Position numbers and translations under genes: made by a program
Notes under the pieces: generated by a model
What the model saw: only the letters and a program-made list of their open reading frames with translations
The model's database searches: none
Told to the model about the DNA's origin: nothing
Source of the DNA: Thermoguttaceae bacterium
GTDB lineage: Bacteria; Planctomycetota; Planctomycetia; Pirellulales; Thermoguttaceae
Direction of reading: 5' to 3'
DNA: 64,000 nt
NCBI GenBank assembly: GCA_035527455.1
Contig: DATLAN010000080.1
Span: 1,425 to 65,424, forward strand
Shown: piece after piece, positions 45,773 to 53,798 of the stretch
How the letters are laid out: every line of letters begins with the position of its first letter
Position numbering within the stretch: position 1 is the stretch's first letter

Positions 45773-46759
45773 ATGAGAAGACTGACACCCGGAACCCTGA
45801 CGATCGGCATCTTGGCTATTCTGATCGGTTTGGTGGGGGCCTACGCGGTTCGGTCGGCCCTGATGGAAGAAGAAGTGGTCGTTTCGCCGCCCGAGACGAT
45901 CTCGGTGCCGATCGCCACGCTCGACTTGCCGGCCGACCGGGTCATCGCCGCCGGCGACATCGCCTCGATTTCGGTCACCCGCGAGGCGTTGCTGAAACAG
46001 AACATCCCGCTGAACCAGGTGATGATGAATCCCGAGCAGATCACCGGCCGCCGCTTGCGGATGCCGATCCAGCAAGGTCAGCCGTTCTTGACCACCGCGA
46101 TGTACCTGGACGGGACCGGCCCCGACCCGCTGGCGAGACTACGGCCCGGTTTTCGGGCGGTGTCGCTGCAAGTGGCCGTGGCGCCCGGCGGACTGATCAA
46201 GGCGGGCTCCTTCGTCGACGTGCTCTTCCGGACCAAACCGCGGAACGAGGCGACCGGGCAGCCGGCGATTCCGGAAATGACGGTTACGCTGCTCAAGCAC
46301 GTCGAGGTCCTGGACATCAGCGAGGCGTCGGGCCTGGCTCGGAACTCGATTGGGGGCAATCTGCCGGTCGTAACGCTGGCGGTGCCGGACGAGGAGGCCG
46401 AGATCGTGCAGGCCGTCGAAGGCCGAGGCGAATTCTCGCTGATCCTGCGGCCATTGAGCGGCGACGTGCCCGGCCCGCCGCCGGCTCGTGAAGAGAAAAT
46501 CACCATCGAGGACATCCTGTCGATAGCACCGCCGCCCGCTCCGATCCAGACGGTGATCTACCGCCGCACGGACCGGCAGGTCAACACGTTCGTGGAGAAC
46601 CAACTGGTCGATCAGAAAGGGAGCGGCTGCAAGACCTGCGGGAAGAAGAAGGACACCGGGATTCCGTTCACGCCGGTTCCGGACGCGAACATGAACTCCA
46701 CCCCGCCGGACGCGAACGTCCCCGGCACCCCAACCCCAGCCGTTCGCAGCTCCACGTAA
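45773..46759 (+). CDS. cpaB: Flp pilus assembly protein CpaB (SAF domain)
   Basis: Start moved from TTG 45758 to ATG 45773 (GGAG 10 nt upstream). TM anchor, then IPIATLDLPADRVIAAGDI.. and RAVSLQV..GLIKAGSFVDVL, as in CpaB/RcpC. Confidence 0.85.
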   Translation: MRRLTPGTLTIGILAILIGLVGAYAVRSALMEEEVVVSPPETISVPIATLDLPADRVIAAGDIASISVTREALLKQNIPLNQVMMNPEQITGRRLRMPIQQGQPFLTTAMYLDGTGPDPLARLRPGFRAVSLQVAVAPGGLIKAGSFVDVLFRTKPRNEATGQPAIPEMTVTLLKHVEVLDISEASGLARNSIGGNLPVVTLAVPDEEAEIVQAVEGRGEFSLILRPLSGDVPGPPPAREEKITIEDILSIAPPPAPIQTVIYRRTDRQVNTFVENQLVDQKGSGCKTCGKKKDTGIPFTPVPDANMNSTPPDANVPGTPTPAVRSST

Positions 46760-46828
46760 CCTTGTCGGGGGGGGGCGTAAATATGCTAGGGTTGTGAGGC
46801 AACTGCCGGAAAAATCTGCCCGTGGCTG

Positions 46829-46852
46829 CATCTTGCGGAGCAAGATGGCTAC
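46829..46852. repeat. Degenerate half-copy of family B repeat
   Basis: CATCTTGCGGAGCAAGATGGCTAC resembles the right arm CATCTCGCGGAGCGAGATGGCTAC. Confidence 0.5.
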
Positions 46853-46873
46853 AGAACAACACAAGTCGAACCC

Positions 46874-48193
46874 ATGGCTCGCCCCACGCCCCTTTGGCGA
46901 AATCCGAGACGTGCGAGACGCCGCCCGCGGGAGGGATCATCTTCGCTCGTCTTGGTGTTTGCGCTGGGGACGGTGTTCGCGTTGATCGCCTTGGCGTTGA
47001 ACTCCGCGTCGGTCTCCAACCACCGCGTTCAGTTGCAGGCCGCCTGTGAAGCCGCCGCACTGGCAGGTGCCGCCGAATTGATGGACCCCGGTCACCTCTA
47101 CATCGACCCCGGTCACCTCTACATCGACGTGGAACAACACGGCTCGACATCCGGTGATCCTGCTTCGGACCATCTGTCGGCCGCCCAACGCATCGCCGGC
47201 GCGCGACAACGGGCGATTCGCTTCGCCGCACACAACGGCGTGGCGGGCAAACCCCTTTTGCTGGCGGCCAACGAAACGAACGACGCTGGCGGGGATCTGG
47301 TGGTCGGCTGGGTTGAAGACCCCACGTCATTGGATAGTCAATGGGTACCCTGGACGGGCACGGGTCCGGTCAACTCGCTCCGCGTGCAAGCCGCCCGCAG
47401 CCACCTCCGCGGCAACCCCGTGACCTTGTGGTTCGGACGCATCCTGGGAGTTTCCGACACGGACGTCGTCTCCTCGGCCCGGGCGACCGTCGACCAGCGC
47501 GTCTACGGTTTTCGACCGATGGGCCACGTGAGGGTGCCCTTGGTGCCGATCGTGCTGCTCTCCCTCGACGGGGCGAGCGTGCAGACATCGCAGACTTCGG
47601 CACGAACGGCCCCGGGCAGGACGGATCGTTTCACGGTGGATCCACTCAGCGGCGACGTTCGCCAGGGCCAGGACGGAATCGGGGAAATCGAGTTGCGAGT
47701 CCGTCTCGTCGCGGAATCGTCGGCAGAGTCGGCAGCAGAGTCGGCCGCCCAAGCGGGAAACGCTTCCTTGTTGTCCTTCAACGGGCACGGCCCGGACTAC
47801 GCTCTGCTGCGAGAACAGATCGTGCAGGGGCTGACGGCCGAGGACCTGGAAACCCTCGGCGGCGAACTGGCCTTGGACCAAGACGGCCGCTTGCGGCTTT
47901 CGGGAATAGACCTTTCGAACACGGGGCAATTGAACAAACTGGGGCAGATGCTGCTTGACGTACGGGGACAGAAGCGGATCTGGCCGACGGGCAAGCGCGG
48001 TTCGGATTGGAGAAACAACGCCGTATGCGAGATAGAGGGTTTCATGGCCGGCAGCGTCGTCGACGGCTATTTGGAGACGGATGCGTGCTTGACGATCGTC
48101 GTGCAACCCTGCCTGTTGCAGACCTGCACGGCCCTGGTCGGCACGGGAAAGGATCGCAATCCCTGGATCGGCAAGCTCGTGCTGGACCGCTGA
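46874..48193 (+). CDS. tadG: TadG-like pilus assembly protein (Tad_N / TadE-G-like N-terminus)
   Basis: SSSLVLVFALGTVFALIALALNSASVSNHRVQLQAACEAAALAGAAEL matches the TadG N-terminal pattern. 439 aa. Confidence 0.78.
   Translation: MARPTPLWRNPRRARRRPREGSSSLVLVFALGTVFALIALALNSASVSNHRVQLQAACEAAALAGAAELMDPGHLYIDPGHLYIDVEQHGSTSGDPASDHLSAAQRIAGARQRAIRFAAHNGVAGKPLLLAANETNDAGGDLVVGWVEDPTSLDSQWVPWTGTGPVNSLRVQAARSHLRGNPVTLWFGRILGVSDTDVVSSARATVDQRVYGFRPMGHVRVPLVPIVLLSLDGASVQTSQTSARTAPGRTDRFTVDPLSGDVRQGQDGIGEIELRVRLVAESSAESAAESAAQAGNASLLSFNGHGPDYALLREQIVQGLTAEDLETLGGELALDQDGRLRLSGIDLSNTGQLNKLGQMLLDVRGQKRIWPTGKRGSDWRNNAVCEIEGFMAGSVVDGYLETDACLTIVVQPCLLQTCTALVGTGKDRNPWIGKLVLDR
47084..47125 (+). repeat. Perfect 21-bp in-frame tandem duplication (DPGHLYI DPGHLYI)
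   Basis: GACCCCGGTCACCTCTACATC occurs at 47084..47104 and 47105..47125. Confidence 0.97.
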
Positions 48194-48206
48194 GGTTTCT
48201 CAGCGA

Positions 48207-48308
48207 GGGTGGCACGCCCTGAGGAACGAAGGGCGTGGAAAACCTGCCAAACCACGCCCTTCGTTCCTCAGGGCGTGCCACCCAATTGGACAAGTTATTT
48301 CTGCGCGG
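48207..48308. repeat. Family A repeat, copy 4 (loop type 1, AATTGGACAAGT..TTTCTGCGCGG tail), between tadG and cpaF
   Basis: Near-identical to copy 1; starts 14 nt after the tadG stop. Confidence 0.92.
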
Positions 48309-48380
48309 AACCTAAGCGGACGGGCACGGCGGTCGCGACGCTCGGCCGATGAACTCAACCCATTTCGGTGAAGACCCATC

Positions 48381-49727
48381 ATGATCAGTAATCTCGATTA
48401 CGCCACGAGCGGGCCTGGGGACGTGCTGCCGGAACACGTCGATCCTTCCGAACGGCAGTTTCAGCAGGCGAAAGTGACCTTGCAGCAACAGCTCGTCGAA
48501 TCGCTGGACCTTTCGGAGATCGGCCGCGTCGACCGGGGGCAATTGCAGGCACACGTACGCACCATGGCCGGCGAGCTGTGCGGTTCGAAGAAAGGTTCGG
48601 CCGGCCAACTCGACCGGGAACGTTTGACCACGGAGGTCATGGACGAGGTTTACGGCCTGGGCCCGCTGGAGAAGCTGATGCGCGACCCGACCGTCAGCGA
48701 CGTGTTGGTCAACGGGCCGTATACGGTGTTCGTGGAGCGGTTCGGCCGGCTGGAACTGACGGACGTGATCTTCGCCGACACGGACCACCTGGTGCGGATC
48801 ATCAAGCGGATCGTGGCCCGGCTGGGTCGGCGGATCGACGAAGTCAGCCCGATGGTCGACGCCCGGTTGCCCGACGGTTCCCGCGTCAACGCGGTGATTC
48901 CGCCGTTGTCGATCGACGGTCCGGCGTTGTCGATCCGGCGTTTCAACGTGGAGCGTTTGCAGATCGACGGTTTGCTGGAGAACGGGACGATCGTTCCGGA
49001 GATGGTGCAGTTCCTGGCGGCGGTGGTCGAGGCCAAGATCGGCTTCGCGGTTTCCGGCGGTTCCGGGGCCGGCAAGACCACGTTGCTCAACGCCCTAAGC
49101 GCGTACGTGCCCGCGGAGGAGCGCATCGTGACGATCGAGGACTCGGCCGAATTGAAGTTCCGCCGCAAGCACCTGGTACGGATGGAAACGCGGCCGGCCA
49201 ATACGGAGGGGGCCGGCGAAGTGACGCAGCGCGACCTGGTCCGCAACAGCCTGCGGATGCGGCCGGATCGAATCATCGTCGGCGAGGTCCGGGGCTCCGA
49301 GGTCTGGGACATGCTCCAGGCCATGAACACCGGCCACGAGGGATCGATGACCACGATCCACGCCAACAGCGCCCACGACGCTTTGGCCCGACTGGAGATG
49401 ATGGTGCAGATGACCGGATTCGAATTGTCCGTGCCGGTGATCCGCCAGTACATCGCCGCCGGCATCAAGCTGATCGTCCACGTGGCGCGGCTGAAGGGCG
49501 GCGTGCGGCGCGTGATGGGGGTCTCCGAGATCGTGGGCGTCCAAGACGGAGCCTACCGGATCGAGGACGTTTTCGGCTACGAACAACTCGACGTGAGCGA
49601 AGAGGGAACGGCCCGCGGACGGTTCTACGCGACCGGCTACCGCCCGGCGTGCCTCGGCCGGTTGCAGACGGCCGGCATCCGTCTGCCCGACGACCTCTTT
49701 GGCCAACGGCAACTCTCGGGGGAATAG
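48381..49727 (+). CDS. cpaF: Tad secretion ATPase CpaF/TadA
   Basis: 448 aa. Walker A GGSGAGKTTLLNAL, Asp box IVTIEDSAEL, Walker B RPDRIIVGEVRG, His box TGHEGSMTTIHAN. Confidence 0.95.
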   Translation: MISNLDYATSGPGDVLPEHVDPSERQFQQAKVTLQQQLVESLDLSEIGRVDRGQLQAHVRTMAGELCGSKKGSAGQLDRERLTTEVMDEVYGLGPLEKLMRDPTVSDVLVNGPYTVFVERFGRLELTDVIFADTDHLVRIIKRIVARLGRRIDEVSPMVDARLPDGSRVNAVIPPLSIDGPALSIRRFNVERLQIDGLLENGTIVPEMVQFLAAVVEAKIGFAVSGGSGAGKTTLLNALSAYVPAEERIVTIEDSAELKFRRKHLVRMETRPANTEGAGEVTQRDLVRNSLRMRPDRIIVGEVRGSEVWDMLQAMNTGHEGSMTTIHANSAHDALARLEMMVQMTGFELSVPVIRQYIAAGIKLIVHVARLKGGVRRVMGVSEIVGVQDGAYRIEDVFGYEQLDVSEEGTARGRFYATGYRPACLGRLQTAGIRLPDDLFGQRQLSGE

Positions 49728-49735
49728 GGGAAGCC

Positions 49736-50680
49736 ATGGACCCGACCATTCTCGTCGTTGCGTCATTTGCCGGCATATCCCTGTTGGCGGGTGCCGTGTT
49801 GGTGGTGGCACGCGGCTACTACGTCCACCGAGCCTCGGCGACCGAGGAGCAAGCCGGGACCGGCGAGAAACCGCTCGTCCTGCGACGGCGGCCGTCCGAG
49901 TCGGACTTGGCATCCAACGGCGGCATCGCCGGGCGGATCGATCAGTGGTTCGGCCGGCTGGTGCAGGACGCGGGCACGGACCTCACGCCACTGACGGCGT
50001 TCCTCCTGGCACTGGCCGCCGGATTGGCGGTCGGCGGCAGCCTGTTCGTCTGGCGAGACGACTTGCTGGCGGGCGTCACCGGCCTGTTGATGGGGATGGG
50101 CCTGGTGGTCGGAGTGCTCTTGACCCTGCGTGCCCGCCGCTGGCACGTGCTGCTGACCCAACTTCCCGAGGTGGTCGACCTGATGGCCCGATCGGTTCGG
50201 GCGGGTCAATCGCTGGAGCAGGCCGTCGACCTGGTGGGCACGACCACCTCGGAGCCTTGGGCGAACGAGTTCCGACACTGTGCGAAACAATTGGATATGG
50301 GGCTTTCCCTCGAGGCGGTGGTGCAGAGCCTCACGCAGCGCATCCCGCTCTCGGAGACGCGGATTCTTGCCGCCACCTTGATCGTCCAGCGGAAAAGCGG
50401 CGGCGACCTGCCGACGACGCTGGAACGGTTGGCCAGGGTGTTTCGAGACCGCTTGAACTACCGCCGCCAACTGCGGGCCGCCACGGCCGTGGTACGCAGC
50501 AGCGTGGCCGTGATCGTGGGAACCGCCGTGTTGGCGGCCGCCTATGCCATTATCTGGCGGCCGGCGTATGCGGAAGATTTCCTCACGTCGACGGCCGGCC
50601 AGACGATGCTCGCCGTGGCCGTCGGTCTTCAGGCCGTCGGCATCGCGTGGGTGATCGGGTTGTTGAGGACTGATTACTAA
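49736..50680 (+). CDS. tadB: Type II secretion F-family inner-membrane protein TadB
   Basis: The last 314 codons of ORF 48578..50680 from ATG 49736; the upstream part overlaps cpaF out of frame. Contains LPEVVDLMARSVRAGQSLEQAV (T2SSF motif). Confidence 0.87.
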   Translation: MDPTILVVASFAGISLLAGAVLVVARGYYVHRASATEEQAGTGEKPLVLRRRPSESDLASNGGIAGRIDQWFGRLVQDAGTDLTPLTAFLLALAAGLAVGGSLFVWRDDLLAGVTGLLMGMGLVVGVLLTLRARRWHVLLTQLPEVVDLMARSVRAGQSLEQAVDLVGTTTSEPWANEFRHCAKQLDMGLSLEAVVQSLTQRIPLSETRILAATLIVQRKSGGDLPTTLERLARVFRDRLNYRRQLRAATAVVRSSVAVIVGTAVLAAAYAIIWRPAYAEDFLTSTAGQTMLAVAVGLQAVGIAWVIGLLRTDY

Positions 50681-50713
50681 CCTAAGGACTCGTATGAGAA
50701 TGACTTCCGTATA

Positions 50714-50812
50714 GTAGCCATCTCGCTCCGCGAGATGTAGCCGCCCAAAAAACTCCGGATCTTCCCTGGCCACATCTCGCGGAGCGAGATGGCTACCATG
50801 CGAGATGGCTAC
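50714..50812. repeat. Family B repeat, copy with long spacer and extra right half-unit, between tadB and tadC
   Basis: GTAGCCATCTCGCTCCGCGAGATG ...39 nt... CATCTCGCGGAGCGAGATGGCTAC CATGCGAGATGGCTAC. Confidence 0.88.
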
Positions 50813-50835
50813 CCTACGGAAGAAATGAGGTCACG

Positions 50836-51759
50836 ATGATTGAACTGGTGACACTGGTCGCTTTCGTGCTGGTCGTAGGCCTGGTTCTCTGGGTGGCCCA
50901 CGTCGCCCGGAAACTGCACCGCGATCCCATCCGCCAGGGGCTGGCGACCGCGGCCGGCATGGAAGCGCCACCGAACGATCGCGCGGCGACCAGGGGAACG
51001 CTGGTCCAGAGTTTCGCCTCGCAACTGCCCGAATTCACGGCCGGCAGCGACGAGTTGGACAAAGACCTTCGCCGGGCAGGCTACTACCGGCCGACGGCCC
51101 GGCAGGAATACCTGGCGATCCGCAACGCCTTGGTCATTCTGGTCGTGGTTCTCGTGGGCGCGCTGGCCGCCATCGTCGGGCCCCAGCGCGAAGCGACCGC
51201 GATCCGCGTGCTGGGTGTCGGTTTGCTGGTCGCCGCCGTCTTTTGGAGCATACCGCGGGTCTTGCTGGCGGTTCGCGCGAAGCGCCGAGTGGGGCGGGTT
51301 TGCCGCGCCCTGCCCGACGGATTGGACATGATCAGCATGTGCCTGACGGGCGGGGCGTCGCTGCAAGACGCGCTCAGCCACGTCGGCCCGCAACTCTTCG
51401 CGGCTCATTCCGACCTGGCAGTCGAGTTGATGATCGTCCGGCAACAGGCGGACATGTCGTCGCTGGAATTCGCCATCGAGAAGTTCGCCCAGCGCATCGA
51501 CGCCCCGGACACCGCCACCCTGGCCGCCCTGGTCACGCAGAACCAGCGCCTCGGCACCAGCGTCGTCGGCTCGGTGCGCGAGTACGCCGACAACATGCGG
51601 TCCACGCGCCGGCAGTTGGCCGATGAGAAGGCCGGCAAGGCCCAAGTGAAGCTGCTCTTCCCCGTGGTCTTCTGCTTTCTCCCGTCGCTGATCATTCTCC
51701 TGTGGGGATCGGCCATTCTGGAACTGTGGAGCTTCTTCCAGGAACTCGGCGGACCGTAG
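50836..51759 (+). CDS. tadC: Type II secretion F-family inner-membrane protein TadC
   Basis: 307 aa. LPDGLDMISMCLTGGASLQDAL (T2SSF motif) with N- and C-terminal TM segments. Confidence 0.87.
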   Translation: MIELVTLVAFVLVVGLVLWVAHVARKLHRDPIRQGLATAAGMEAPPNDRAATRGTLVQSFASQLPEFTAGSDELDKDLRRAGYYRPTARQEYLAIRNALVILVVVLVGALAAIVGPQREATAIRVLGVGLLVAAVFWSIPRVLLAVRAKRRVGRVCRALPDGLDMISMCLTGGASLQDALSHVGPQLFAAHSDLAVELMIVRQQADMSSLEFAIEKFAQRIDAPDTATLAALVTQNQRLGTSVVGSVREYADNMRSTRRQLADEKAGKAQVKLLFPVVFCFLPSLIILLWGSAILELWSFFQELGGP

Positions 51760-51872
51760 CACCAAACGGTTCTTGACATCGTTGTCGTAAACTTTGGGGT
51801 GGCACGCCCTGAGGAACGAAGGGCGTGTTTTCCCGACGTACCACGCCCTTCGTTCCTCAGGGCGTGCCACCC
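51760..51872. repeat. Family A repeat, copy 5 (loop type 2), starts at the tadC stop codon
   Basis: Left tail CACCAAACGGTTCTTGACATCGTTGTCGTAAACTTTGG followed by the palindrome with loop TTTTCCCGACGTA. Confidence 0.92.
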
Positions 51873-51935
51873 ACTGTAACATCCCAGCAACATATCGTGG
51901 GTGGTGCGGTGGTGCATTTCATGCACCCTATATGT

Positions 51936-52970
51936 CTACTGCCACACCGGGTACGGATGTGCCGCCGTAGAATGGGTCGCTTGGACCGGCGGCAGGCGAC
52001 GCACGTCGGAGATGAAAACGGTCGGCCGGGTCGGCTCCCGCCCGACGTTCGGCGGGATCGGCGTGGCGGACGGGTAGCCCGACTGCGATCCGGCCAGCAT
52101 CCCGTCGGGCGCCGCAACGGGCGGAATCTGCCCGCGTTGGGCCGCCAGCATGGCGTGCGTTTGACGTCGCTGGGCAACCTGCACCAGCGCGCCGGCGGCA
52201 GCTTTCAGGCGGCCGTCGAGAGTCAGGGCGTACAGGTAGGCATCCTCGGCCTCCTGCAACCGACCGCTCATCGCCAGGAGGTAGCCCAGGTTGGCGTAAG
52301 CCTCGGCCTCGCTGCCGGCTTGTCGGAAAAAGGCCAGACTCTCGGCGAAGCGACCCTGCGCACCCAACACCAGTCCGAGGTTGTTCAGTGTCGCATGGTG
52401 CCTGGGATCTTGAGCCAGCGCCTGCCTGAGCGTCTGCTCGGCCTCCGGCAAACGGTGCTGCAGATAATAGGCGTAACCGACGTCGCACAGCAACTCCGCA
52501 CTGGGTGGAGCGAGTTGCCCGGCGGAATGAAAGTACTTCTCCGCCTCCGCGAATCGTCCCTCCTGCGACGAAATCACCCCCAGTCGATGATACGGCAGCG
52601 CGTGCGGAGGGTTCTTTTCGAGGTACGCCTGGTACAGCCGCTTGGCCTGCTCGGTTTCTCCGCGGCGTTCGCAGAGCCGGGCCATCGCCAGCCGGCTGTC
52701 GAGCGAGCCGCCGCCGGAAGCCGCACTGCCGGGCGGTTCGGCTCCCATCGGTTGCTCGGCCGAGAGCCGTGAACCGCCGCCGAAGACCGAGCCGAATCCC
52801 CACGAAGCATCGGGAGCAGTCTGGCCGGCCGGCGGTGGAGAATCGGCAGGGCGCCACCACGAAGAAGATCCGCTGCAGCCGAAAAGGCCGAAGCAGCAGA
52901 TCCCGAGGAACATCAAGGGCAAAGCCGGCGGATGGACCGCCATGCTGGTCTTCTGGAACCGGACACCCAC
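51936..52970 (-). CDS. TPR-repeat lipoprotein (TadD-like)
   Basis: Lipobox GLFGC. At least 4 TPR-like units (YHRLGVISSQEGRFAEAEKYF, LCDVGYAYYLQHRLPEAEQTL, LNNLGLVLGAQGRFAESLAFF, YANLGYLLAMSGRLQEAEDAY). It is the last gene of the secretin operon. Confidence 0.75.
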   Translation of the reverse strand: MGVRFQKTSMAVHPPALPLMFLGICCFGLFGCSGSSSWWRPADSPPPAGQTAPDASWGFGSVFGGGSRLSAEQPMGAEPPGSAASGGGSLDSRLAMARLCERRGETEQAKRLYQAYLEKNPPHALPYHRLGVISSQEGRFAEAEKYFHSAGQLAPPSAELLCDVGYAYYLQHRLPEAEQTLRQALAQDPRHHATLNNLGLVLGAQGRFAESLAFFRQAGSEAEAYANLGYLLAMSGRLQEAEDAYLYALTLDGRLKAAAGALVQVAQRRQTHAMLAAQRGQIPPVAAPDGMLAGSQSGYPSATPIPPNVGREPTRPTVFISDVRRLPPVQATHSTAAHPYPVWQ

Positions 52971-53066
52971 AAAATCATCCTCATTTGCGGTGTCTGCCCC
53001 ATCGCACCGTACACGCTGTTCGAATCACGCCGCTAAGCGGGATCGGCAAATGTCTGCAAAATCATA

Positions 53067-53120
53067 GTAGCCGTCTCGCTCCGCGAGACGTGGCTCCATC
53101 TCGCGGAGCGAGACGGCAAC
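53067..53120. repeat. Family B repeat, compact copy, between TPR and lipoprotein genes
   Basis: GTAGCCGTCTCGCTCCGCGAGACG TGGCTC CATCTCGCGGAGCGAGACGGCAAC. Confidence 0.88.
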
Positions 53121-53144
53121 TATGCAATCATTCTTCAATCCCAC

Positions 53145-53741
53145 TTAAAAACGGCCGCCGCCGAAACCGCTCCCGCCACCCATGTTGTTCGAATTGCCGG
53201 AGTTGCCGTCCCAAAGCATTCCGCGATAGTAGGCGCGCTGTGCTTCCGTGGCCTTCTGCCCGTGGGCCAGGGCGGGAGCTACTACGACTCGCCTCTCCGC
53301 GTCGAAGATACCCATCGCGCTGAGGGCCCGGACCACCACGTCCCGGCGCTGCATGTCCAGTTCGGGGTCGGTGTGGACGGGATACTTGTATTCGGTGTTT
53401 TGGCGCTCGCTGGTCATGCTGCGCTCGACGATCACCGGCATATTGTGCCCGGTTTGAAGCCTCAGCGCGATCTCCTTGACGTGGTCCTCTCCGCCCAGGT
53501 TCAGCCGTGCCGTGTTGTAGTCGAATTCGTTCTGGTAGATCACGAAGTCGGAAACTTCGGCGTTGGCTTCCTGGTTCTTCCAGATCGGATCGCTGAGCGT
53601 TCCCAGCGGCGAACCCGGCAAAGGCATCTCCTGAGACACCGGCGTGAAGGGGTAATGGTCGTGCTTGCAGCCGCAGACGAGCGACGCGACGACGCAGATC
53701 ACGATTGCGGCCGAGCGGGGAGTTGCGTTGGACGGTTTCAT
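53145..53741 (-). CDS. Lipoprotein downstream of the secretin (CpaD-position; family not recognised)
   Basis: Lipobox SLVCGC, 198 aa, Gly/Asn-rich C-terminal tail. Its position right after cpaC matches that of cpaD in Caulobacter-type loci. Confidence 0.65.
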   Translation of the reverse strand: MKPSNATPRSAAIVICVVASLVCGCKHDHYPFTPVSQEMPLPGSPLGTLSDPIWKNQEANAEVSDFVIYQNEFDYNTARLNLGGEDHVKEIALRLQTGHNMPVIVERSMTSERQNTEYKYPVHTDPELDMQRRDVVVRALSAMGIFDAERRVVVAPALAHGQKATEAQRAYYRGMLWDGNSGNSNNMGGGSGFGGGRF

Positions 53742-53798
53742 GGGTCTTGTCTTGTTCGGTTCGCCTGCGAAGCGTCGTCGCTTCGCGGCGCGACGTTG

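Noticed and set aside
48209-48225. TGGCACG inside every family A arm as a sigma-54 -24 element.
   Set aside because: The sequence 12 nt downstream is ..CCTGAGGAA.., with no TTGC/GC -12 element at the required spacing. The motif is explained by the repeat itself.
51772-51795. TTGACA in the family A type-2 tail (GGTTCTTGACATCGTTG..TAAACT) as an outward-reading promoter.
   Set aside because: The only -10-like hexamer (TAAACT) is 9 nt from the -35 box instead of 16-18 nt. There is no support for function.
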